Below are positions 27,739-37,110 of a stretch of 64,000 nt of DNA, in pieces. Origin of the DNA: an uncultured Bacteroidales bacterium. GTDB lineage: Bacteria > Bacteroidota > Bacteroidia > Bacteroidales > SZUA-534. The stretch's first letter is position 1. Each line of letters begins with the position of its first letter. The notes beneath the pieces are model-generated. The model was not told where the DNA came from. It made no database searches and saw only the letters and a list, made by a program, of their open reading frames with translations. Location of the stretch: assembly GCA_965370965.1 (NCBI GenBank), contig CBDUWQ010000001.1:10388-74387 (forward strand), read 5' to 3'. The translations under genes and the position numbers were made by a program.

Positions 27739-28701
27739 GTGTTTAAAAAATACCTTTCATTGCTATTTATCTTATTATTGATGCAGTTTTTTACTAAAAT
27801 TGCCTACTCTTCAAATCAGGATACTGAGCACTTTAAGGTTTTTAATAATAAATATACGCTGATGCCTTACTTTACATTAAGTAAGCTAAAACTAAATATA
27901 TCGGGCAAATACGATATTGTTTATCGACCCGACAGGGGAACAGATTTGGGGCTGTATGGAGCATATAAAAATATGGGTTTTGGTGTTGGCTTAGGAGTTT
28001 TTGATTATTTTAAAGATGAGCAAAAAAGCACGGTTAAATTTTATGATTTCAGGTTTAACTATTATGGCAGAAGGATTGGCGCCGATGGTTTGTTTCAGTT
28101 TTATAAAAGTTTTTTAGTTGAAGAAGCTACTAATACATTACCCGATTCCGTAATTGCAGAAAACAGGGCAAACCAAAAAATGAGTAGTATAGGTTTTAAT
28201 ATATATTACAATTGTAATACCGAACATTCGTTTAAAGCAGTTTTTAGCCATACCGAGAGGCAGCTAAAAAGCAATGGCGCATTTTTGCTTGGGCTGTCAC
28301 AAACATACACTCATTTATATGCTAATGACAATTATTTTTCTGATGAGGAAATAACTATTTATAACATTTCTGATTATTCAAAAAATGCAAGGCTTTATTC
28401 AGTTGTACCAATAATTGGCTATCAGTATAATTTGGTTATGGGGAATTTTTATTTTGCCCCACTTGTTTTACTTGGAGCGGGTTCTCAATTTCAAAAGGTG
28501 TCTGCCGGTAAAGATTTCATAAAAAATGATATCCAATTTATTAAAAAAGTTGTTGTAAATCTGCCAATTGGCTATAATGGCGATAAGTTTTATTATGGGT
28601 TTGTTTTTAAAAATGATTATTCAAAATCAAAAATAGCAAATTCAAACATGATCTATAATTTACTGTCATTAAACTTGTTTTTTGGATTTAGGTTTTTGTA
28701 G
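27739..28701 (+). CDS. putative outer-membrane beta-barrel protein (possibly DUF4421-like)
   Basis: Signal peptide, alternating amphipathic beta-strand pattern throughout, and an aromatic C-terminus FFGFRFL. GTG start. Confidence 0.5.
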   Translation: MFKKYLSLLFILLLMQFFTKIAYSSNQDTEHFKVFNNKYTLMPYFTLSKLKLNISGKYDIVYRPDRGTDLGLYGAYKNMGFGVGLGVFDYFKDEQKSTVKFYDFRFNYYGRRIGADGLFQFYKSFLVEEATNTLPDSVIAENRANQKMSSIGFNIYYNCNTEHSFKAVFSHTERQLKSNGAFLLGLSQTYTHLYANDNYFSDEEITIYNISDYSKNARLYSVVPIIGYQYNLVMGNFYFAPLVLLGAGSQFQKVSAGKDFIKNDIQFIKKVVVNLPIGYNGDKFYYGFVFKNDYSKSKIANSNMIYNLLSLNLFFGFRFL

Positions 28702-28726
28702 ATTTTTATAATAAATTTTCAGACAG

Positions 28727-30409
28727 ATGAAAAATATTAAAAGAACCACAGTAATACTAAAAAGGGTTGTACTCTTTTTTATCCTATTCATATCATTGAT
28801 TTTTGTGGCACCTCTTTTTATGCATAATTGGCTTGAACAAAATCTTATAAAAATAATAAATAAGGAGGAAAATAGAGCCTATGATGTTTCGTTTGCAACC
28901 TTCGATTTGAATTTCTTTTTTACTGGCTTTAAGTTAGAAGATGTAAGCATTATGCCCATAAATAAAAAAGAAGGCACAATTATAACTTGCAAAATTGATA
29001 AACTTATGATTGGAGGTTTTAGTTGGGAAAATTTTCTTTTAAAACGACAGGTAGATTTTACAGAAATGTCGTTTTTAAAGCCTGTTTTTGAAATAATTAT
29101 TGGTTCCGAAGACGTAAAAGAAGAAACTACATCCAAACAGATGCAACAATTCTTTGGCGATATTTTATCAAGGGTTAAGTTGAATAATTTCAAATTAATT
29201 GATGGTTCCTTTATTCTGTATAAATCCGACAAGAAGTTAATGAAGCTTGGACATATTGGTAAATTTAATATTGTGGCAAAAGATATTGAAACCGATTCAA
29301 TACAATGGAAATATCCCATACCATTTAAACTGAGAGAATTCTCATCATCAGTAAAAGATATATTCTTTGTTGTTGATGAATATTCCTCTCTCGCTTGTGC
29401 CGAAATGACATATAAACCAAAAAAATCTAAAATTGAGTTAAAAAATCTTTCATTAAAGCTGAATAAACATTGGACACATGTTAGTGACTTAATTGGAAAG
29501 CAAGTAGATATTATGGAGTTTGACTTAAAATCACTTACAATTAATGGAATTGAAACCAATAGCCAATTGTACGGAGATTATGATATACGCTCAAAATATA
29601 TTGAAATAGATGGCTTAGTATTGAAAGACTATAAAAACAAAAATAAGCCTTTTTACAATAAGCATAAACAAGCAATGTTTTCTGGTTTAGTAGCTAAAAT
29701 ACCCATTGGTCTTAAGGTTGATAAAGTAATCATTAAAAATACCTTTATAATTTATACAGAAATGCCCAATGGTCGTAACACATTTGGAACGATACATTTA
29801 GATGACTTAAAAGGAAGTATTACTCATTTAACAACCCTAGATTCATTGCAAAAAGAATATGGAAAATTTGAAATTGATTTGATAGGTAAAATCAATAATG
29901 AAGGTAAGCTTTCATTAAGTCTTAGCATACCTTATACTGAAGATAAATTTCATCTTAAAGCAAAGTTAGAAGACTATGAAATGACTAAATTGAATAGAAC
30001 CATTGAACCTATGCTAGGTGTTATGGTAGAGTCGGGTCATTTGTTAATGCTCGATTTTGATATGAAAGCGGATCGGGTACGTTCCAAAAATGTACTTAAG
30101 ATGAAGTACACTAACTTAGTATTGAATATATTGAATGAAAATAAAGAGGTTCGGAAAAAAAGAGGATTAATAACAGGTGTTGCCAATTCAATGATTAAAG
30201 ATCAGAATTTACCAGGCGAAAAACACTACCGTGAAGCAAATTATAAAACAGTAAGGAATCAATACCGAGCACCTTTTAATTTTATTTGGCTTGCATTGCA
30301 AGATGGAATACCTGAAGTTATACTAACTGATTTTGCTAAAGAATTGCTAAAGAGCAATGAACGACATAATAAAAAACGTGAACGAAAAGCTAAAAAGCAA
30401 AAGAGGTAG
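28727..30409 (+). CDS. N-terminally membrane-anchored protein, AsmA/DUF748-like by sequence texture
   Basis: Single N-terminal TM helix (VVLFFILFISLIFVAPLF), then ~500 aa of beta-rich repeats (FKLIDGSFILY.., IIKNTFIIYTE.., LDFDMKADRV..) and a basic tail KKRERKAKKQKR. The family call is tentative. Confidence 0.4.
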   Translation: MKNIKRTTVILKRVVLFFILFISLIFVAPLFMHNWLEQNLIKIINKEENRAYDVSFATFDLNFFFTGFKLEDVSIMPINKKEGTIITCKIDKLMIGGFSWENFLLKRQVDFTEMSFLKPVFEIIIGSEDVKEETTSKQMQQFFGDILSRVKLNNFKLIDGSFILYKSDKKLMKLGHIGKFNIVAKDIETDSIQWKYPIPFKLREFSSSVKDIFFVVDEYSSLACAEMTYKPKKSKIELKNLSLKLNKHWTHVSDLIGKQVDIMEFDLKSLTINGIETNSQLYGDYDIRSKYIEIDGLVLKDYKNKNKPFYNKHKQAMFSGLVAKIPIGLKVDKVIIKNTFIIYTEMPNGRNTFGTIHLDDLKGSITHLTTLDSLQKEYGKFEIDLIGKINNEGKLSLSLSIPYTEDKFHLKAKLEDYEMTKLNRTIEPMLGVMVESGHLLMLDFDMKADRVRSKNVLKMKYTNLVLNILNENKEVRKKRGLITGVANSMIKDQNLPGEKHYREANYKTVRNQYRAPFNFIWLALQDGIPEVILTDFAKELLKSNERHNKKRERKAKKQKR

Positions 30410-30737
30410 AAAACCAATACTTGCTAAAACTATAAAATAATCAATTAATGGTGTTCTCTACATATTTTTTAAAAAACAAAAAAATGCCTCTTAAATTTTC
30501 ACACAACCTCTTTAACTCGGCGGATTGAAATTTGAAGATAAAAAATGGCACAAGTAATACATATAGATTGAAAAAGCAGATAGCATATGCCAAAATTTAA
30601 CCTTTTTAATTTAAAAGCGATTTCCCTGCTTATTTTAATCCCTTACTTTACCATTTGATAACAAAAAAGTTGAACTATTTCAATTTTTACCTTGGCAAGC
30701 CCGCCTAAGCTTTTGTTTTATTCTGTTTTTCTATATC

Positions 30738-30745
30738 TATTTTTG
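30738..30745 (+). promoter_or_regulatory. candidate -7 box TATTTTTG for the NifX-like/Trx-like/trxB cluster
   Basis: Exact TAnnTTTG match 27 nt upstream of the ATG at 30773. Confidence 0.45.
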
Positions 30746-30772
30746 TTGCATCAAAATAAAACAGAAACTATT

Positions 30773-31108
30773 ATGGCAAAAGTTGCAATACCGGTCGAAA
30801 AAGATTGCTTAAGTACCCATTTTGGTACATGCAGTCATTATGCGGTATTTACTATTAGAGAATCAAAAGTGGTTGACAAAATACTTGTTGAGCCCGACTT
30901 TAACGAAATTGAAAAATTTGCCGATTGGTTTAAAACTTTAGGGGTTTCCGATGTTGTTACCTATAAAATAAACCCCACAATTATTCATGCCTTTATAAAA
31001 AATAAAATCAATGTGTTTGTTGGCACCAATCAGGTATCGCCCGATGAGTTGGTACAAGATTATATTAAAGGCAAATTAAAATCGAATGGAGATATATTGG
31101 GAAATTAA
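30773..31108 (+). CDS. NifB/NifX-family (dinitrogenase FeMo-cofactor-binding fold) small protein
   Basis: MAKVAIPVEKDCLSTHFGTCSHYAVFTI matches the typical N-terminus of Nitro_FeMo-Co domain proteins (..IAIP...G.+S.HFG.C..F.++). The upstream part of the track ORF (from 30692) looks non-coding. Confidence 0.7.
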   Translation: MAKVAIPVEKDCLSTHFGTCSHYAVFTIRESKVVDKILVEPDFNEIEKFADWFKTLGVSDVVTYKINPTIIHAFIKNKINVFVGTNQVSPDELVQDYIKGKLKSNGDILGN

Positions 31109-31132
31109 TAATAAAAACAAAAAAGTAAAACT

Positions 31133-31474
31133 ATGGATTTATTAACAAACTTAAAGCACTTAACAACTGCTGACGATCACAAAAAATTTATTGAAGAAAA
31201 CGAAAATGTAATGGTATGCTGTGGTCGTATGGGACCTATGTGTATTCCTGTTTATGAGGCTATGGAAGAGATGGAAGAAGATTATACCCATGTAAAATTT
31301 GCCGATATGAATTTTGATATGCCTGAAGCTCATGTAATTCGCAATGCCCCAGAGGCTGCAGGTTTTATGGGATTACCATTTACAATGTTTTATAAAAACG
31401 GAAAAGTTGTTGAGGCTGTTAGCTCAATAATGTCTGATGAACAGATTAAAACACTATTAGACTCAAAATTTTAA
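31133..31474 (+). CDS. thioredoxin-fold protein with atypical active-site region (CCGRMGPMC instead of WCGPC)
   Basis: 113 aa. The cis-Pro loop GLPFTMFYKNGK aligns to the Trx G(I/V)PT..FKNG. The region where CGPC is expected reads VMVCCGRMGPMCIPV. Confidence 0.65.
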   Translation: MDLLTNLKHLTTADDHKKFIEENENVMVCCGRMGPMCIPVYEAMEEMEEDYTHVKFADMNFDMPEAHVIRNAPEAAGFMGLPFTMFYKNGKVVEAVSSIMSDEQIKTLLDSKF

Positions 31475-31539
31475 TAAGCACTAACTATTCAATTCCTCAG
31501 GGTTTGTGGAATTTTTTATATGTAAAAACATATTAAATT

Positions 31540-32463
31540 ATGGATAATAAAATTTTTGATGTTATAATTTTAGGAGCAGGACCGGCTGGCTTGGCAGCAG
31601 GTATTTATGCATCAAGGGCTAAGCTAAGCACCCTAATTTTAAACGAGGGGGCTATTGGCGGGCAATTAACCTTAACCAATGAAATAGCCAATTACCCGGG
31701 GGTTGAAACAACAAGTGGTTATAGTTTGGTAACCACCATGAAAAAACAGGCTAAGGAGTTTGGTTGCAAAATTAAGAGCAATAAGCAAATTGCCTCTTTT
31801 AATATTAATGGTAAAACAAAAAACATTACTGTTAATAAGACTGAAATTTTTGAAGGAAAAACCGTGATACTTGCTACTGGTGGCACTCCGCGCATGTTAG
31901 ACATACCGGGCGAAAAAATCTTTAAAGGCAAAGGAGTTTCATACTGCGCTACTTGCGACGGCGATTTTTTTACCAATAAAGAGATTGTGGTAATAGGAGG
32001 AGGAAATTCGGCACTTGAAGAGGCTGTTGCGTTAACAAATTTTGCAAGTAAGGTTACAGTTGTTCATCAGTTTGCTGAATTTCAAGCGTTTGAATTTGCC
32101 ATACAAGAGGCAAAGCAAAACCCCAAAATCAGTTTTATTATGGAATCGGAGCCACGTGAGATAATTGGCGGTGAATCTGTAAAAAGCATAAAAATTGAGC
32201 ATCTGCCAACAGGCAAAACCTCAGAGATTAAAACAGATGGTATTTTTATTTTTATTGGTTATGTGCCAAATACCGATAAACTGAAAAACAAAATTACATT
32301 GAATAATAATGGCGAAATAATTGTTGATGCAGATATGAATACAAATATACCCGGTGTTTTTGCAGCCGGCGATAGCATCCATAAAAAGTTTAGGCAAGTT
32401 ACTACAGCGGTTGCCGATGGAACCATTGCTGCACTATCGGCAGCGGCATATGTTAGGCAATAG
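31540..32463 (+). CDS. trxB: thioredoxin-disulfide reductase
   Basis: GAGPAG FAD site, redox CATCDG, and GGGNSALEEA NADPH site; 307 aa. Confidence 0.9.
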   Translation: MDNKIFDVIILGAGPAGLAAGIYASRAKLSTLILNEGAIGGQLTLTNEIANYPGVETTSGYSLVTTMKKQAKEFGCKIKSNKQIASFNINGKTKNITVNKTEIFEGKTVILATGGTPRMLDIPGEKIFKGKGVSYCATCDGDFFTNKEIVVIGGGNSALEEAVALTNFASKVTVVHQFAEFQAFEFAIQEAKQNPKISFIMESEPREIIGGESVKSIKIEHLPTGKTSEIKTDGIFIFIGYVPNTDKLKNKITLNNNGEIIVDADMNTNIPGVFAAGDSIHKKFRQVTTAVADGTIAALSAAAYVRQ

Positions 32464-32524
32464 TAAAAAGTACTAATTACTCCCGCCTCAATACTTCAAA
32501 AAATATTATTCTTAAAACAGCTAT

Positions 32525-32562
32525 AAAAAAAGGTGTGCAATAAAATTGCATACCTTTTTTTT
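32525..32562 (+). terminator. rho-independent terminator after trxB
   Basis: GGTGTGCAA-TAAAA-TTGCATACC (one G-U pair) followed by TTTTTTTT. Confidence 0.75.
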
Positions 32563-32601
32563 ATTATCATGATTTTTTTCGAGTTAATTTATTAAAAAAA
32601 T

Positions 32602-32609
32602 TACTTTTG
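32602..32609 (+). promoter_or_regulatory. candidate -7 box TACTTTTG for yebC-family gene
   Basis: Exact TAnnTTTG match 36 nt upstream of the ATG at 32646. Confidence 0.45.
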
Positions 32610-32645
32610 CAGAAGCAAATATATTTTATTTAAAAATATCATAAT

Positions 32646-33353
32646 ATGGGACGTGCATTTGAATACAGAAAAGCGGCAAAAATGAAGCGTTGGGGTAAAA
32701 TGTCGAGGCTTTTCCCAAAGCTTGGCAAAGCTATAACAGCAGCAGCAAAAGACGGCGGGACTGATCCGGAGATGAATGCCAAGCTTAGAACAGCAGTACA
32801 AAATGCCAAGGCTCAGAATATGCCAAAAGACAATATTGACAATGCCATAAAAAGGGCACTTGGCAAAGATGCTACCAGTTATATCGAGATGAATTTTGAA
32901 GGCAAAGGTCCGCATGGAGTATTGGTTTTTGTAGAGTGCATGACTGACAATACAACCCGTACTACGGCAAATGTAAAATCGTATTTTAATAAAGCAGGTG
33001 GGAGTCAATCGCCAAATGGCTCGCTTGAGTTTATGTTTAACCGAAAAATGGTTATCGAATTTGAAAAACCTGACGAAATGGATATTGAGGAGCTTGAATT
33101 GGAGTTTATTGATGCGGGCTTAGAGGAGGTTGAAGACCATGAAGGAACTGTTTATGTTTATGGCGATTACACAAATTTTGGTGTACTTACACAAGCGTTT
33201 GAAGACAAAGGCATTGAGGTAAAGGCCACCCTGCAAAGGTTTGCTACATCGCCGGTTGAATTTTCCAACGAACAGGTTGAAGATATCGAAAAAATGTTAG
33301 ACAAACTTGACGATGATGAAGACGTTCAGGCTGTTTATACCAATATTGCATAA
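32646..33353 (+). CDS. YebC/PmpR-family DNA-binding regulator
   Basis: [48 protein letters not shown] is the canonical YebC N-terminus. Confidence 0.92.
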   Translation: MGRAFEYRKAAKMKRWGKMSRLFPKLGKAITAAAKDGGTDPEMNAKLRTAVQNAKAQNMPKDNIDNAIKRALGKDATSYIEMNFEGKGPHGVLVFVECMTDNTTRTTANVKSYFNKAGGSQSPNGSLEFMFNRKMVIEFEKPDEMDIEELELEFIDAGLEEVEDHEGTVYVYGDYTNFGVLTQAFEDKGIEVKATLQRFATSPVEFSNEQVEDIEKMLDKLDDDEDVQAVYTNIA

Positions 33354-33375
33354 TTTGTGTTAATTATCTATTGTC

Positions 33376-34104
33376 ATGTTTGCATTATATAAAAAAGAAA
33401 TATCAGGTTTTTTTAGCTCTTTAACAGGATATATAGTAATTATCGTTTTTTTAATTGCATCGGGAGTTTTTATGTGGGTAATACCGGGCAATACCAATGT
33501 GCTTGATACAGGCTATGCAAATATCGAAACATTTTTTGTGTTATCGCCCTGGGTATTTATGTTTTTAATACCTGCAATTACAATGAGGCTGTTTGCCGAT
33601 GAAACAAAAAGCGGAACTATTGAACTGTTAATGACACGCCCCATATCAGATTTATCGGTTGTAATGGCAAAATACGGTGCTGCACTATCAATTGCCTTAA
33701 TATCAATAATGCCAACTCTTATCTATTTCATATCAATTTATTTACTTGGCAGTCCGGTAGGCAATGTTGATGTTGGCGGTACTTGGGGTTCGTACATTGG
33801 GTTGGTGTTTTTGGCAGCAGTTTATGTGGCAATAGGGGTGTTTACCTCAACATTAACCGATAACCAAATTGTGGCATTTATATTGGCAGTTGTGCTTATT
33901 TTTACCCTCTTTTATGGGTTCGATGCTTTAAGCACTATGTTTGACTCAAAAACAGAGTTTGTACTTCAAAGATTCAGTATTAACCGTCACTACCAATCAA
34001 TTTCGCGTGGCGTTATTGATACCCGCGATATAGTGTATTTTATTAGCTCAATAGCAATATTTATTATGCTAACTAAGTTTAAACTACAAAGCCGTAAATG
34101 GTAA
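33376..34104 (+). CDS. gldF: gliding-motility-associated ABC transporter permease GldF
   Basis: Six-TM ABC-2 permease with a GldF-like N-terminus (YKKEISGFFSSLTGYIVIIVFL), directly followed by gldG. Confidence 0.8.
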   Translation: MFALYKKEISGFFSSLTGYIVIIVFLIASGVFMWVIPGNTNVLDTGYANIETFFVLSPWVFMFLIPAITMRLFADETKSGTIELLMTRPISDLSVVMAKYGAALSIALISIMPTLIYFISIYLLGSPVGNVDVGGTWGSYIGLVFLAAVYVAIGVFTSTLTDNQIVAFILAVVLIFTLFYGFDALSTMFDSKTEFVLQRFSINRHYQSISRGVIDTRDIVYFISSIAIFIMLTKFKLQSRKW

Positions 34105-34108
34105 TATT

Positions 34109-35863
34109 ATGCAACGCAAAAAAATAAAACAGGATAATATATTCCAATTGGGCATTACTATGGCTATTATTATTTTACTAACCATAGTTTCAAATTACCT
34201 TTTTACTCGTATCGACTTAACATCTGATAAACGTTACACGCTTTCGGAACACACAAAAAGCATGTTGAAAAATGTTGACGATATTGTATATTTTAAAGTG
34301 TATTTAGATGGCGACTTGCCTGCGGGTTTCATAAGGCTGCAAAATGCAACACGTGAAATATTAGACGAATTTAGGGCTTACGGAAAAGATAATATACAAT
34401 ATGAATTTATTGACCCTGCTGAAAGTCCTGATAGGAAAACACGGAATGAGGTTTTTAGGCAATTGTATGAAAAGGGGATTGAGCCCACAAGCCTGCAAAT
34501 AAAAGAAACAGATGGAGGAGATAGACAGAAAACCATTTTTCCGGGGGTAATGGTTTCATACCGCGGCGAGGAGATTCCTGTTAATATTCTGAAAAACTAT
34601 ATAGGACATTCACCCGAGGGTAACCTTAATGCTTCAATTCAGGCTTTAGAGTACGAATTAACATTTGCCATTCACAAATTAACAACCCACATTGCCCCAA
34701 AAATCGGTTTTATTGAGGGGCATGGCGAACTTGACAGTATGCAGGTAAATGATATTGCCTATACCTTGTCGGAATTTTACCACTTAGAGCGGGTGCCAAT
34801 TAATGGCAATTTATATAGCCTGCGCGACACATTTAACCACAATAAGTATGAACTGATAATAATTGCCAAGCCTCAAAATGCTTTTTCTGAAAAAGATAAA
34901 TTTATTATTGACCAGCATATAATGAACGGCGGCAGGGTACTTTGGTTAATTGACAATGTTAATGTTAATATGGATAGCCTTGCATATTCGCGCTCAACAT
35001 TGGGGGTTATTAACAAATTAAATTTAAACGATCAGCTTTTTAAATATGGTGTGCGCATTAACCTCAATTTGGTTCAAGATGTACAGTGTGCTGTTATACC
35101 TGTAAATACAGCAATGGCAGGTCAAAAACCTAAGTTTACTCCTGCGCCGTGGATATACTTTCCAATAATACCACCATCGCAAAAACATGCAATTACCCGT
35201 AACCTTGATATGGTAAAATTGCAATTTGCAAATGTTATTGACACTGTTGGCGAAGATCATGATATTAAAAAAACCATCCTGTTGGCATCATCAAAATACA
35301 GCCGCGCCGTAACTGCTCCCATATTAGTTGATTTATCGCTTATAAGCGAAAAAATTGAACCATCACGTTTTAATAAATCATTTATGCCAACCGGAGTTTT
35401 GCTCGAGGGCAAGTTTAAGTCGGTTTTTGCTAATAGGATGCCATCTGCCATATCAAAAAATAGCGAATTTGCATTTAAAGAGGTTAGCCAACAAACTAAA
35501 ATGATTGTAATTTCAGACGGCGATATTATAAGAAATCATGTGCATGGAGCAGGTAAAAATATTAAGGCACTGCCACTTGGGTACGATAGGTTTACAAAGC
35601 AGACATTTGGCAATAAAGAACTTATTTTAAATTGCGTAAACTATCTTTGCAATATGCAAGGACTTTTAGAGGCAAGAACAAAAGAGTATAAATTGCGATT
35701 ACTTGATAGACCGAAAATTAACGAAGAGCGAACCAAATGGCAGATAATAAATATTGTTTTGCCTGTATTATTGGTAATACTTAGCGGAATATTATTTGTC
35801 TATTTTAGAAAAAGAAAATATTCAAAACTTACATCAAATACTAAAAATAGAAGTATAAAATAA
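34109..35863 (+). CDS. gldG: gliding-motility-associated ABC transporter accessory protein GldG
   Basis: N- and C-terminal TM anchors and RIDLTSDKRYTLSEHTKSMLKNVDDIVYFKVYLDGDLPAGF, as in GldG. Confidence 0.8.
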   Translation: MQRKKIKQDNIFQLGITMAIIILLTIVSNYLFTRIDLTSDKRYTLSEHTKSMLKNVDDIVYFKVYLDGDLPAGFIRLQNATREILDEFRAYGKDNIQYEFIDPAESPDRKTRNEVFRQLYEKGIEPTSLQIKETDGGDRQKTIFPGVMVSYRGEEIPVNILKNYIGHSPEGNLNASIQALEYELTFAIHKLTTHIAPKIGFIEGHGELDSMQVNDIAYTLSEFYHLERVPINGNLYSLRDTFNHNKYELIIIAKPQNAFSEKDKFIIDQHIMNGGRVLWLIDNVNVNMDSLAYSRSTLGVINKLNLNDQLFKYGVRINLNLVQDVQCAVIPVNTAMAGQKPKFTPAPWIYFPIIPPSQKHAITRNLDMVKLQFANVIDTVGEDHDIKKTILLASSKYSRAVTAPILVDLSLISEKIEPSRFNKSFMPTGVLLEGKFKSVFANRMPSAISKNSEFAFKEVSQQTKMIVISDGDIIRNHVHGAGKNIKALPLGYDRFTKQTFGNKELILNCVNYLCNMQGLLEARTKEYKLRLLDRPKINEERTKWQIINIVLPVLLVILSGILFVYFRKRKYSKLTSNTKNRSIK

Positions 35864-36043
35864 ACAATTAAATTCTCTGTGTTCTCTACTAAAAGGCAGG
35901 TAAATCTGCTGTAAAAGATTTTAAATAGATAAGATAAATATTATTAACACACACGAATTATAACGAATTTATTTCGGGAAGCATGATTAAAATTATTAAT
36001 AGTATTAATTTTTATTAGTGCATTCGTGGCATTTCTTAAACAT

Positions 36044-37033
36044 ATGAAAAAAAAGATTCAAATAGTAATAGTTTTAATACTTGTGGTAGTTGTAGGTTAC
36101 TTTACAATAACAGGACAAAATGGTTCCATAAAAAAGGAATTACGCGATTTTGCAGTAGAAGATACCGCATCGGTTAATAAACTGTTTTTAGTTGATAAGC
36201 AAAACAACAGTATTTTATTAGAGCGTAAAAATGGTTACTGGACAGTAAATAAAGACTACGAGGCAAGACAAGACTTGGTTGACTTATTGTTAAAAACATT
36301 GCATAGAATAAAGGTAAAAGAGCCGGTGGCAAAAGCAGCGCATGATAATGTAGTTAAAAACCTTGCTGTAAAATCAACCAAAGTTGAGATTTATCAAAAT
36401 GATAAATTCATAAAAACCATATATGTGGGGGGACCAACAATGGATTCATATGGCACTTATATGATTCTTGAAAACTCATCACGCCCTTTTATCATGGAAA
36501 TACCGGGTTTTAGAGGCTATCTGTCAACACGGTTTTCAACAATGGAAATTGAGTGGCGCACCCAATTGGTATTTCGCATCCCGTTAAACGAGATAAAGCA
36601 GGTAACCATTGAAAACTTTATTGATAAAAGTGAGTCGTTTAAAGTAACGCATAATGATAATAGTTATGAGCTTTTTGATTATTCAAACAAACAGATAGCA
36701 GATTTTGACACCTTAAAAGTTAAACAGTTTTTAATGGAGTTTAGGCAAAAAAACTTTAATAAATATATTGAAGATGTACCTCAAGAGTGGCAAGACTCAA
36801 TAATAGAAAGTAAGCCAATGTATATAATAACGGTGAAAAAAAGCAGCGGTAAAAAACAGTGGGTAAAAGCCTTTAATAAACCGGGATGGGGTAAGCTCAA
36901 TTTTTTTGGAGAGGAGTTAAGTACTGACCCCGATAACTTTTTTATGTTAATGGATAATGGTGATTTTGTTTATGCACAGTATTATAGTTTTGACCCTATT
37001 TTGAAAAAAATTAGTGATTTTGAAAAGGAATAA
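36044..37033 (+). CDS. membrane-anchored protein, DUF4340-like (commonly follows gldG)
   Basis: N-terminal TM KIQIVIVLILVVVVGYF and position after gldFG. I prefer the ATG at 36044 over the GTG at 36026. Confidence 0.5.
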   Translation: MKKKIQIVIVLILVVVVGYFTITGQNGSIKKELRDFAVEDTASVNKLFLVDKQNNSILLERKNGYWTVNKDYEARQDLVDLLLKTLHRIKVKEPVAKAAHDNVVKNLAVKSTKVEIYQNDKFIKTIYVGGPTMDSYGTYMILENSSRPFIMEIPGFRGYLSTRFSTMEIEWRTQLVFRIPLNEIKQVTIENFIDKSESFKVTHNDNSYELFDYSNKQIADFDTLKVKQFLMEFRQKNFNKYIEDVPQEWQDSIIESKPMYIITVKKSSGKKQWVKAFNKPGWGKLNFFGEELSTDPDNFFMLMDNGDFVYAQYYSFDPILKKISDFEKE

Positions 37034-37076
37034 TTCCAGATAAATATTTTTATTATTATTATACTAATATTTTTAA

Positions 37077-37084
37077 TACTTTTG
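37077..37084 (+). promoter_or_regulatory. candidate -7 box TACTTTTG for dnaN
   Basis: Exact TAnnTTTG match 26 nt upstream of the ATG at 37111. Confidence 0.45.
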
Positions 37085-37110
37085 ATTACTAATATTTAAA
37101 TAAAAAAGAT

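Noticed and set aside
30442-30462. Shared caattaa...gtgttctctac string just after the stop codons at 30409 and 35863 (second copy 35865-35891)
   Set aside because: Only an 11-mer plus a 7-mer are shared. By a rough uniform-composition estimate, exact 11-mer coincidences are expected many times over in a 64-kb AT-rich window, so this is not evidence on its own.
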